Assembly (NCBI RefSeq): GCF_964355755.1
Contig: NC_092673.1
Span: 34,345,648-34,409,647, forward strand
Direction: 5' to 3'
Length of the DNA: 64,000 nucleotides
DNA from: Antedon mediterranea
Taxonomy: Eukaryota; Animalia; Echinodermata
The notes below the pieces were generated by a model. That model saw only the letters and a list, made by a program, of their open reading frames with translations. It was not told the DNA's origin and searched no databases. Positions 48,681 through 61,761 of this stretch are shown one piece after another (position 1 is the first letter of the stretch; every line of letters starts with the position of its first letter). A program made the translations under genes and the position numbers.

Positions 48681-51429
48681 AGGTTTGAGTTTGTAATAAC
48701 GTACCGTTGTATCAGATATCAGCCAGTGTAGACCTAGGTTCGTATCCAATAGGCTATTTCCATAAAAAGTTTGCATTTCAGAATTTAGCATAATTTATAT
48801 ACAGATCTGCTTGTAAATTTCAATGTTATCAACCCAATATCTTCAATTCTACTCGTCTTGTTCCAATTCTGTTCTCTCCTTTTGTTTAAAATCGCCCACA
48901 ATCTATTGTATTACCTCTAGGAAAGCTGGTTTGAGGTGGGTCAAACTTCAAACCTTCTGCTTTTAGTACATAAGCCCCCAGTCCCTCTCTCCACATCACA
49001 CACACAAGACCCAACCTTTTGTTTGTAAACATCCTCTTTTATCTTACATTACCATATTTTATATTTCACACAATGTTATGTATTGTATTCTACTAAGACA
49101 CGATGAGACAAAGAGATGAAGAAAAAAAAAAACACAAATCATTGCTGTACATTCCAATTGGGCACACGAGGAAAACCATGCCACCATGGAGGACGTTCTA
49201 AGAATCAGTGATACCCCGAGCGATTCCATCGATTTATTGCTGACAAGAAATTATCCTATAGATCATTACTCAACATTTTGTAACCGAATATCTTAGACCC
49301 ACAAATATCGAGTTTAAAATCTCAGAATAACACGTACTTGCTAATATAATCACGATTTATATTTGCCAAAAGTATAGTAAATAATAAATTTACAGATAAA
49401 ATCATATTTCAAAATTACGTGTAGGTTGGTAGGTTTTTAATGTTATGTACGTTTAAATGTGGACAGGTATGCCATAGGAAATGATGACGGTATTTTGGGG
49501 GTCTTTAGTATCTCTTTACGGTATTCAATGCGTCATCCTCTACATACATGTATACATATGTATACACACATAAATACGGGTCCTCCTCTTCTACGTTGTG
49601 GAGCTGGAGTCGCAATAAATAGCCCACTGAGGTTGTTTGTTAAAGTTGGTTTCGATTGCCTGATTTCTAAATATAACCGAAATTTTAATCCACGTATAAC
49701 GGTAGTACCGTCTTTTTGGGACAGCAAACAGTATCTTTTTTTTTGGAATTGATGTATTCGGTCCTCTACATGATCAATATATCGGATATACTAACTGTTA
49801 TACAACGATCTTTCAATGGTGATGCTCCAATAATTCCACATATCCTTTTGTTGGATTATACAAGTTTGTAGCTATCCCAATCTAGTTGGTCGGCCTCATA
49901 TTTTTTGGATTTATAAGAACATTTTAAATATCATTATTGTATCATCATATTATTTCCAAATATTAAGATCGTCGGCCCGATAGGCTTCAACATTCATTGT
50001 CTAAATCTATAAGGAGACACAATAAAACCTTAGGCGGAAAAGTTTCTTTTCCATAGATTCAAAACCAAACAATAAAAAAAAAAAGATTCATTACTTATTG
50101 TGGTCTCTTAAAATACCAGTCATTCAGCTTCTTTAATTCATCGTCTTGTATTGTAAATAACAACTACATAATGCCTTTATTAAACTTCATTTTTTATTTT
50201 GTTTTTATTTGATATTGCAATACATTTTCCTTGTACCGTCTGGAAACAAAAACTTTAAAATAGTTCGCTGCCCACGAACATTGTTAAATAAATAAATTAA
50301 ATACAAGGCAAACAATACTACACTACTACAGCTTAAACTCCATGATAGGCCTATATCCAATAGGTATTATTTAGTTTAGCATTCAGGAAACATAATTTAG
50401 ATTACATTAAAGTATCGTTAATGCTACATAATATTAAAGAAAAAAAATACAATTTCGAGCTTAGAATATATCAAGAATGACTTTACATGGTTGTCAGTTT
50501 TTTTCACGATTTTAATTTCTAAGCTTAGATTGTGGTAACAAATGCACAATAAAATTCATACTCAAAATTTCATTATCTCTAAATCTTAACTATATATCAT
50601 GTTATAAGGTAACAATTGCTGAAAATTTAGTAACAACTTGTTAAAACTTGTAACGTTGATGTTCTGAGAAGTTTAAAATCCTTCTAACGACTAGGATTTC
50701 ATGTTTCATTTATTAAACAGTGTTGATGGAATTTGCTTGTGGCAAAAATATTGAGTTCTCATAATTTATATAGAAATAAGTAAAGCAAACACAGAAAAGT
50801 AATCTCCGATACACGAATGGAGAGAAATTCTAACAGATATTGAAAATATCAGTATTTTGTCTATAACCATGTGATTCGGCTTTTTGTTGCGAATTGGTTT
50901 TGTTGAATAAAGATTAAAAGATTTTAAAAACATCCCCTAAAATAAATCTGAATTACGTCAGAAGAAGTATCATTAAAAAAAATTGGTATTACTGTATACT
51001 TTTTAATATTGTTGTTTTTAAACCTACACAAGGTTCAAACCTTCTGTGTCTTCTTTCATGAGCCCAGCTTCCCCCTCCTAAACATTCTCTTTTGTTTTAC
51101 ATTACCATATTTTATATTTCACACAATTTATTATTTTGAATGAAATTTTTAAATTAAAAAAACCTCGATAGATTTACAAATACTATCTAAAATGTATTAA
51201 ATGGGCTTTAATGCCAAGATATAAATTTAGGCTTAGAGGATGAAACTGGTCAACATCAGTCAGTATTAGAAAAGACGTGTTAAAGTCTTTCTGCATGGAA
51301 ACAAAATGACTATCAAGACGAATATGACAACCACCAACAATATAAGTTAGACATACTATTTTGTCCTTAGAATACAATGTAGGGAATAATGTAATGATAA
51401 ATACATCATAAGTCTTCTTCTTCTACTAT

Positions 51430-51575
51430 TTTAAGGAGCAAACTTCATAGTTGAAGGCCACTGCTCCACTAAGGGTCCCATTGTGACATCGGCAGCCAAC
51501 TACGGCGCCAATACGTCTGTCCACGACAGTGTGTGTGTATGAATGGACTAGTACACCGGGGTAACCCCCTACTCG
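51430..51575 (-). mobile_element. 3' part of a Deu-domain-like SINE
   Basis: Reverse complement GAGTAGGGGGTTACCCCGGTGT... followed by a GAAGAAG tail. Confidence 0.45.
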
Positions 51576-51713
51576 TCTGATGTTTCACATAAACATTAAA
51601 TGTAGTGCAATACTTTGTAAATATCCGTTACATACTTTTTGAAGAAATAAAAGTGGTAAGAATCCACAAATAAATAAATAAAAAATAAAATGTTTAAACC
51701 GGCGCTATCCCTA

Positions 51714-51876
51714 AAGCTCTGTCTACAATACCAAACTCGTTTGACATAAAAAGGTATGATGTGCCCAAATATGGTAGTGATATGCCCAAATATGGTAGTG
51801 ATATGACATCATCTTGTCCATATATGGGCACATCACATGTTTTGTCTCATAAAGTTTGATAATGTAGACAGAGCTT
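51714..51876. mobile_element. MITE family (AAGCTCTGTCTACAC), copy 7
   Basis: TIR pair and two 21-bp internal units. Confidence 0.8.
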
Positions 51877-53274
51877 AACAGTAATATGTTCAATTACGAT
51901 AATACTGAATAGTGAAAACTAAATAGACAAGTGTTGACAATGTTCTACAGTAATAACATTTTAGTTAAAAGAGTTTCTGAACAATACATGTTTTATTAGA
52001 TCCTTTCAATTAGGACGATTGCTACGTTTTGTTTCTCAAATGAATAAACAAAATAAAGGAACCTTCCGATTGATTTTCGGATCAAAGAACATATATGTGG
52101 GTTACTCCCACTAAAGAAGAAAAATGAATAAATAAAGTAAAACTTTAAAATAAATGAATAAAATGTATAAAATATTTATTTATGTTATTTACTGTTTAAA
52201 AAGGTTTTAATAAACTTAACTGAAAATTATCTTATCTTTATCTTATCTTAATTAGAGACAACAACATGAAGTCATTTGCATTTTGAGAATGATCACTATT
52301 AAAACATGTACTGTCGTTTCTTCAGGCATATTGAGAACTTCCTAAAACGTCTCGTAAAGTCGTATAAATTAGTACAATTTGCCATTGGCGAAACAGTCGA
52401 CGAGATCATTCGACTGTACATTGTTTATTATAACGTATGTTGAAGTATACTTTCATCATGATTTCACAAAGCAGAGAAAGAAAGTATAATGAAAATGTCA
52501 AACATACCAGCTGCTATTTCAAGATACATTGGCATACTTGTTTTGCAATAATGTTTAACGTCGAAGAACTGAACATACCTTACCACAATTGTATCTCCTT
52601 TGCTGTCTGACATAATAAAAAATGGTCGCAGCATTTCGTATTGAAGTAAACAATGGGTTACTATGGGACAATTAGTAAAATAACTCAGCAGAACCTTAAA
52701 CAATAAGTTTACAGCTTAATTTGAAAGTTTCAAAGAGATGATGCACATTACTAAGGACATTTTAGCGCGAATAAATGTTAAATGAAATTGGCAGTTTACC
52801 GAGTGCCAGTCAGTCTGACGATTGACGGTATAACAACCGTGTGTTTTGACACATTTCTGTATATATCTGTTTACACTTACCATCATAGATAGATAAAGTG
52901 CGTCTTAGTAGCTACTACATTCCGTTCAACAACACGCATGTCTTTAAGTAAAGTTTTTTGTGTGGTTTTGTAGGCTTATAAGTTTAGTAAAGTATTTGGC
53001 TTCTCGTTTTGGCATATTCGTTTCTCTGCTAAAAACCCCATCTTTACTTAGAGAAATAGCTTTTATAACTTTTACTTCTAGAATTGTTAATTTGATATCA
53101 GTTGTTTGAGTATATATAAATATAAATGACTGGGATTGTAGATACTATTGTAGTATGTGGAGATACTTCTCTTGGTTGGACTTTTCTTAGTATAAAACGT
53201 GACACCCATGTTCTTACGTTTAAAAAAAATGCTTGAGTGGCAGGGTCCTCACTCTCCAAAATAGCTTTAATTTA

Positions 53275-53578
53275 GCTCATGATGTTCATAATTAATTCTA
53301 CCAGGTTCAATTCTAATGGTAGGTTATTATTACCCAAGGCTAGAAGAAAATTTATTTTTAGGGGTTCTCAGATCTTGAATGCTGATGGTGGATACATTTG
53401 GAATGTGGGTTGGGTGGGGTGTTATTTTATTCTTTGTTGTATAGTTTTTGTATTTGTATCGCTGGTTTGTTCTAAATTGTTTTAATTTTAGTGTTATTGT
53501 GTTTTGTGTACTGGGCCCCTAGGAGAACCGTTTTTTACTAAAGAGGTCACCCAGTATAAAGAACAAATAAATAAATTC
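53275..53578 (+). mobile_element. CR1/L2-like LINE 3' end
   Basis: NSTRFNSNGRLLLPKARRKFIFRGSQI-N resembles the CR1 ORF2 end; 3' UTR ends in (AAAT)n; similar tail at 20715-20790. Confidence 0.6.
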
Positions 53579-55366
53579 AGCACTGATAATCGGGTGACCT
53601 AACCTACTATGATACAGGGACCACATGTGATACATATAACTAAGTTTTCCTATGATATAGGCAAATATTGTTTATAAGTTGAGATACAACACTGATAATT
53701 CCTTCTAGAATATATAGATATAAATACATAGATATTATAATATAAAAATAACGGTAGAATAGAAATGATCAATATATAGTTTGTTTTATATTCTGTTTTA
53801 TAGTCTTTTGTATTATTAATACACATTATGTTTTTATATAAGGTATTTTTATGAATAAGTCCTATTTTTATATATGGTATTTTTATGAATAAGTCCTATT
53901 TTTATATTTGGTATTTTTTATGAAATAGGCCTATATTACCAAATTCATTGCAATTGTATTGATTTATTTTGGAAATGTATATTTTTGATAAATAAAACAT
54001 CTTAACAAATTGATATAGAACTTCATTTAAATTTAAATAATTAATGTTGGTATGAAAATGTGTTTTTTTTATCAAATAAAAATATATCAAAATTACTAAA
54101 TTAATATATAACATAATTTAATGGAAAATGTATAATTCAGTCGATTTATATAGTTTTGTCAGATCATTCTAATCAGACATTGAATTTTCACTGTATTTTA
54201 TTACATATACATATTGTACGGTATGAAATATAATATTTCTTTTCATTCGTGTTTATTGTGCTATTTAGAATGTTTTTTAAATCCTCTGGGTGGAACATTG
54301 CATTTTATTAGTTTATATTTCGCACTAAGGTGACTGCATATAACCAGTTATTTTATATATCAGGGTTTTAATGGTCCATGAACATTTTTTTTTAAAGTAA
54401 CTTCCCGGATTTCGCTTAATCACTACAATTGTATAGTTTAAAATCTCCTATTTACCTACACACAAATAAAATTTATGAAAAAAACAGGTTCGTAATTCAG
54501 AAGAATATTAGGATCACTACATATTGTTAATTAGACTTTCTCCAAGTCTGTATATTTATTGTCTTTTTTATACAATTTTTTGAAATTGTGAGCTCATGTA
54601 TTATACCTATGAAACGCCATATGTGCCTAAATATTTATTTATTTACTACAGTCTAGAAACTAGTGTTATATTAATCTAATGGTGAGAAATTACTTTAATA
54701 CTAATAATAATGATGAGTCCTAATCATCCACGTACATAAATAATAATAATGACAATGATAGATCTCCTTTTGAGGGAACACCTGCAGGAACTAACAAAGT
54801 GTACCCACCCTTAATAGAGAGGTATCCCCTGGATAGAAGAGGTTAGTGTATTTCATGATGTTTAATAACATTCGATTCACAGGCAAATTCGTTTCATGGT
54901 GATTCCATGCATGGCGTGTGTTTGTTTTCTAATACATTATTAGTTCCTTATTTAATTAAAACATCGATAAACACATTCTTGACCTTTGCACTAAAATATA
55001 GTATATGTTGTAATGCATCTATAGTATTTGTGTACAGTTCAAACTAAAAATAATTGTCAATGCCGTAACGTATACTTCTATGTTCTGTTGAAATATGCAT
55101 TACTCGACACAATGTCGGTGACTTAATTAATGAAGAATCCGTATTGATGTGTTTTGACCACCGGCGGTACATCCGTTCCCTCAACACATTTCAATTGAAT
55201 GCTGTCACGAGTCGCAAGCAAATCTAGAAATGATTAATAAAACAGCATAGTTGGATGTTAGTAGTAGTAGTATTCAATAATGATGATAATGATGATTACC
55301 ATAATTGTCCGTCTATATGTCTGTTAGTCCCAAAAACATATTGTATGAGCATCACGGTGTTATGAG

Positions 55367-58300
55367 ATATATCACGTGGTCATTATTGTGTGTAATAATG
55401 CGTGATTTATATCACGTGGTCATTATTGTGTGTAATAATGCGTGATTTATATCACGTGGTCATTATTGTGTGTAATAATGCGTGATTCATATCTCGTGGT
55501 CATTATTGTGTGTAATAATGCGTGATTTATATCACGTGGTCATTATTGTGTGTAATAATGCGTGATTTATATCACGTGGTCATTATTGTGTGTAATAATG
55601 CGTGATTTATATCACGTGGTCATTATTGTGTGTAATAATGCGTGATTTATATCACGTGGTCATTATTGTGTGTAATAATGCGTGATTTATATCACGTGGT
55701 CATTATTGTGTGTAATAATGCGTGATTTATATCACGTGGTCATTATTGTGTGTAATAATGCGTGATTTATATCACGTGGTCATTATTGTGTGTAATAATG
55801 CGTGATTCATATCACGTGGTCATTATTGTATGTAATAATGCGTGATTCATATCACGTGGTCATTATTGTGTTTAATAATGCGTGATTCATATCACGTGGT
55901 CATTATTGTATGTAATAATGCGTGATTCATATCACGTGGTCATTATTGTATGTAATAATGCGTGATTTATATCACGTGGTCATTATTGTGTGTAATAATG
56001 CGTGATTCATATCACGTGGTCATTATTGTATGTAATAATGCGTGATTCATATCACGTGGTCATTATTGTGTTTAATAATGCGTGATTCATATCACGTGGT
56101 CATTATTGTATGTAATAATGCGTGATTCATATCACGTGGTCATTATTGTATGTAATAATGCGTGATTTATTTCACGTGGTCATTATTGTGTTTAATAATG
56201 CGTGATTCATATCACGTGGTCATTATTGTATGTAATAATGCGTGATTTATATCACGTGGTCATTATTGTGTGTAATAATGCGTGATTTATATCGCGTGGT
56301 CATTATTGTGTGTAATAATGCGTGATTTATATCACGTGGTCATTATTGTATGTAATAATGCGTGATTTATATCACGTGGTCATTATTGTGTGTAATAATG
56401 CGTGATTCATATCACGTGGTCATTATTGTGTTTAATAATGCGTGATTTATATCACGTGGTCATTATTGTGTGTAATAGTGCGTGATTTATATCACGTGGT
56501 CATTATTGTGTGTAATAATGCGTGATTTATATCACGTGGTCATTATTGTGTGTAATAATGCGTGATTTATATCACGTGGTCCTTATTGTGTGTAATAATG
56601 CGTGATTTATATCACGTGGTCATTATTGTATATAATAATGCGTGATTCATATCACGTGGTCATTATTGTATGTAATAATGCGTGATTCATATCACGTGGT
56701 CATTATTGTGTGTAATAATGCGTGATTCATATCACGTCGTCATTATTGTGTGTAATAATGCGTGATTCATATCACGTGGTCATTATTGTGTGTAATAATG
56801 CGTGATTCATATCACGTGGTCATTATTGTATGTAATAATGCGTGATTCATATCACGTGGGTCATTATTGTGTGTAATAATGCTTGATTTATATCACGTGG
56901 TCATTATTGTATGTAATAATGCGTGATTCATATCACGTGGTCATTATTTTGTGTAATAATGCGTGATTCATATCACGTCGTCATTATTGTGTGTAATAAT
57001 GCGTGATTTATATCACGTGGTCATTATTGTATGTAATAATGCGTGATTCATATCACGTGGTCATTATTGTGTGTAATAATGCGTGATTTATATCACGTGG
57101 TCATTATTGTGTGTAATAATGCGTGATTCATATCACGTGGTCATTATTGTGTGTTATAATGCATGATTTATATCACGTGGTCATTATTGTATGTAATAAT
57201 GCGTGATTCGTATCACGTGGTCATTATTGTGTGTAATAATGCGTGATTTATATCACGTGGTCATTATTGTATGTAATAATGCGTGATTCGTATCACGTGG
57301 TCATTATTGTGTGTAATAATGCGTGATTTATATTACGTGGTCATTATTGTATGTAATAATGCGTGATTCATATCACGTGGTCATTATTGTGTGTAATAAT
57401 GCGTGATTTATATCACGTGGTCATTATTGTGTTTAATAATGCGTGATTCATATCACGTGGTCATTATTGTGTGTAATAATGCGTGATTCATATCACGTGG
57501 TCATTATTGTGTGCGGGATTGTGTGTAATAATGCGTGATTTATATCACGTGGTCATTATTGTGTTTAATAATGCGTGATTCATATCACGTGGTCATTATT
57601 GTGTGTAATAATGCGTGATTCATATCACGTGGTCATTATTGTATGTAATAATGCGTGATTCAAATCACGTGGTCATTATTGTGTTTAATAATGCGTGATT
57701 CATATCACGTGGTCATTATTGTGTGTAATAATGCGTGATTTATATCACGTGGTCATTATTGTATGTAATAATGCGTGATTTATATCACGTGGTCATTATT
57801 GTGTGTAATAATGCGTGATTCATATCACGTGGTCATTATTGTGTGTAATAATGCGTGATTTATATCACGTGGTCATTATTGTGTGTAATAATGCGTGATT
57901 TATATCACGTGGTCATTATTGTGTGTAATAATGCGTGATTCATATCACGTGGTCATTATTGTATGTAATAATGCGTGATTCGTATCACGTGGTCATTATT
58001 GTGTGTAATAATGCGTGATTTATATCACGTGGTCATTATTGTGTGTAATAATGCGTGATTCATATCACGTCGTCATTATTGTATGTAATAATGCGTGATT
58101 CATATCACGTGGTCATTATTGTGTGTAATAATGCGTGATTTATATCACGTGGTCATTATTGTATGTAATAATGCGTGATTCATATCACGTGGGTCATTAT
58201 TGTGTGTAATAATGCGTGATTTATATCACGTGGTCATTATTGTATGTAATAATGCGTGATTTATATCACGTGGTCATTATTGTATGTAATAATGCGTGAT

Positions 58301-59015
58301 TTATATCACGTGGTCATTATTGTGTGTAATAATGCGTGATTTATATCACGTAGTCATTATTGTGTGTAATAATGCGTGATTTATATCACGTGGTCATTAT
58401 TGTGTGTAATAATGCGTGATTCATATCACGTGGTCATTATTGTGTGTAATAATGCGTGATTCATATCACGTGGTCATTATTGTGTGTAATAATGCGTGAT
58501 TTATATCACGTGGTCATTATTGTGTGTAATAATGCGTGATTTATATCACGTGGTCATTATTGTGTGTAATAATGCGTGATTCATATCACGTGGTCATTAT
58601 TGTGTGTAATAATGCGTGATTTATATCACGTGGTCATTATTGTGTGTAATAATGCGTGATTCATATCACGTGGTCATTATTGTGTGTAATAATGCGTGAT
58701 TCATATCACGTGGTCATTATTGTGTGTAATAATGCGTGATTTATATCACGTGGTCATTATTGTGTGTAATAATGCGTGATTTATATCACGTGGTCATTAT
58801 TGTGTGTAATAATGCGTGATTCATATCACGAAGTCATTATTGTGTGTAATAATGCGTGATTTATATCACGTGGTCATTATTGTGTGTAATAATGCGTGAT
58901 TTATATCACGTAGTCATTATTGTGTGTAATAATGCGTGATTCATATCACGAAGTCATTATTGTGTGTAATAATGCGTGATTTATATCACGAGGTCATTAT
59001 TGTGTGTAATAATGC
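55367..59015. repeat. 40-bp satellite array, about 91 copies of ATCACGTGGTCATTATTGTGTGTAATAATGCGTGATTYAT
   Basis: Strict 40-bp period, two 1-bp insertions and one 9-bp interruption near 57512; no unique spacers. Confidence 0.98.
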
Positions 59016-61761
59016 AAGATTTCTAACGGTTTCTTTAAAGATAAGTAGGCCTAATGCCCATCATATAAACACAAAATGTCGACAAATTATATGGATAAAT
59101 ATTTTGAAACAACATTTTTAAAGTACGGTAATAATACATTTATTAATAATATAGTACGCATTACATGGATTCAACTTTTCACAAAGATGTCACAGTAAGG
59201 AGAAACTTATTATTAGTTTGAGTAAAAAAGGTTATGGTAGCGTACACACCTTTTAAAATAGGCATAAAAAACGAGAATATATAATAAGTATATGTGGTTA
59301 TGCTCTGTTGAAAGTAACATGTTTTGAAATGTTACGAACTTTCGCCAAGAGACGCTATCAGAAAAAAACTATTTGAAGAGGTGTTGGACTCACGTGGTAT
59401 TGATGTTATTGTTGTACCAAGCCGTTAACGTTTAATGTTTAATTATCATAGTGTCACAATCTGTGTATTAGTGGATAACGAAAATACATACAACAGATCC
59501 CTCCTCCGGAGACTGCGGTTAATAGACAAATGTCATTTAACTTCAGTTTGAAAGAGTTCATCTGTTTTAAACAATTTGCGTAGGAACAAAACTTTGAACC
59601 AAAGTTTAGAAAAGAACAGATCTTTAGCCTAAAACTCGATACTGCAGTGTGTGTATATATTAAGAACACGATTTTCGATAAATGTAAACATAACACAAAT
59701 AAATAAGCATGCCGTAGTACAACAAAAATAATAAAGAAAGTAACATAATATACATACAAATGTTTATAATAGGCTCAAAGTTATTGAAACATATCCATCC
59801 TTATGCTCCGATAACTTGAATACTCTTCTAATCTCGGATTGGTTTAAAATCGTTCTATACTTTACATTGTGTGTATTAGACCTATATATTTCCACACCAA
59901 TTTTGTCACTAGACAGCTTCTAACTGGCTATCGCAAGTTATCTAGAAACAAGTCTAGCTGTATTAAATACTTTTAATACATGTTATCGCTGTCAGTAGTG
60001 ATACCCAACGCAGCAATGTCAGATTTATCTCAATTGTATACTGTTCTCATCTCATCCCCGGTGCAGGGCTGCTGGCTTTCATAAGCTGGGCCTAGCAAAG
60101 GGAACTACGGTTATGATTGTTAATTTTACGCATTTGTTGTTGAGTATAGCTAAAAATAAGAATAATAGAACACTATACGCTGCTCCAAAACGATAATAGA
60201 TGAAAACACAGTGATATATTTATGTTTAGCTGTTAAAAAAAATATCACAAAATCTAAATGTCATTGTTCAGTAGTTATCCCATCTCCGTTATCATGTGCT
60301 ATCCCATCATACAACATTAGATTATCTTTTAAAAATAACTTGACATTTGTATCATCCTTCAAGTTGTTTCAATTTAATTTTACAGAAGTATATACTTCAT
60401 GAATTAATGTAAAATAATTGCGTTACATTATTTATAGGTTTATACCCCTTATGCGAGGGATGTAAGTGGGTGGGAAGAAGGTGTTTATTGAGCCAGTGTT
60501 TAATTTAAAAGGCTAGAAATAAAAAGACGATATAATTAATGTATCAATTCGTTTTAAATTAAAAGCGTGTGTTATAAAATATTTGGTCACTTGAGAAATA
60601 AAAAGCAAAATTCCGACGAGTTGGCGTGCTTTTAATGCGTCGGGACGTTGTATATTCGTTCGATAAAAACCAGGCTTTAATACCCCTTGTGGGGATTCCG
60701 CAATAGGCCTGTATAATGGTTGCTTTTTTGAACAAAAAAAAGTCAAAAGCTACTAGTTAAATATGTTCTGGCGCCCTCTTTGTGCTGACCACCCGCACCA
60801 CGAATACCCCCTCCCACCAATTGACTAAATTTGATATTGTCGATCGCGGAAGTTACCACAACATCGATGATTAACATAATATAAACATTCTCAGACGTTG
60901 TAATGCTCTTTTGATCAATAAAAGTTTTTGTCACGACGCGCGTCGATTAGGTCCTAATTGAAAACGAGATAATGGGCCTAGTTTTGTTTTGTTTTGAAAG
61001 CTTTTGTATTTAATGTATTTTCTTCTGACTTGTTTGACAATCAGCGACGCGTTTGACAATCAGCGACGCCGTTTAACCAACTTTTCTATAGTATTCTCTG
61101 TCGCGTCAACTTAGATTTACAATAGGTGAAAGATTTCACCGTCAACTGAAAACAACAAGCCACAAGCATAGTGACGTACGATTTTATAACAGGGATTCAA
61201 CAACGTATTATAGTCTAATGTCTTTAATTGACACCAAATAATCATACACTATTATTGCAGTTCAAAAACTGAATCATGTCCAGGGATCAGTATGATACCA
61301 AAAAAACACCGGCTCATAAAGAGACAAGCGCAAATATACTGTATTTTTCTTGGTTTCTGATTAACAGAAAAATATAGCACCCGGTATTACTTACTTACAT
61401 TTTTTCTTTCGTTCATAATCTAAATTTCCAGTAAGCTATTTATAGGCCTATTCATCGATATATATAAAAAAACCAAGTGTACACATGGAACATTATTTTT
61501 AAATGTAAACACTGATTGAATCTTATCTTAATCTTATATTTCTTTGAAATTTATTTGGTAAGTTAAATAAGCACGTTTAATTTTTTATTGAATTACTTGC
61601 TTACGGTATCTATCTTCACCAATTTCATGAATATCTGACGTATTTATTTTTTTAAATAGAAATTATACTAAAATTGGCTAAATTCTACTCTAGGCGATGA
61701 TTATTTTGTATTTAAGACGTGATTATAGCAACATGTGGTGTTTAATGAAAGGAAACAGGTA

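Larger units (their letters stand above)
49140..52613 (-). pseudogene. Candidate degraded Golgi type-II sulfotransferase (CHST15/GalNAc4S-6ST-like) pseudogene
   Basis: Exon-like MSDSKGDTIVVR (52613-52579, gtatgt donor); in-phase hydrophobic LILLVVVIFVLIVILF with stops (from 51365); frameshifted PK-x-GTT (49701-49731); KQPQW (49624-49641); SFPMAYLSTF (about 49455-49490). Confidence 0.4.

Noticed and set aside
49180-49296. Perfect Kozak GCCACCATGG with a 36-aa ORF on the plus strand
   Set aside because: Short, no recognisable homology, and antisense to the candidate pseudogene
55367-59015. CRISPR array
   Set aside because: No unique spacers, no cas genes, eukaryotic context
60440-61210. CpG-rich stretch that may be another DNA element
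   Set aside because: Could not define termini, TSD or coding homology by eye
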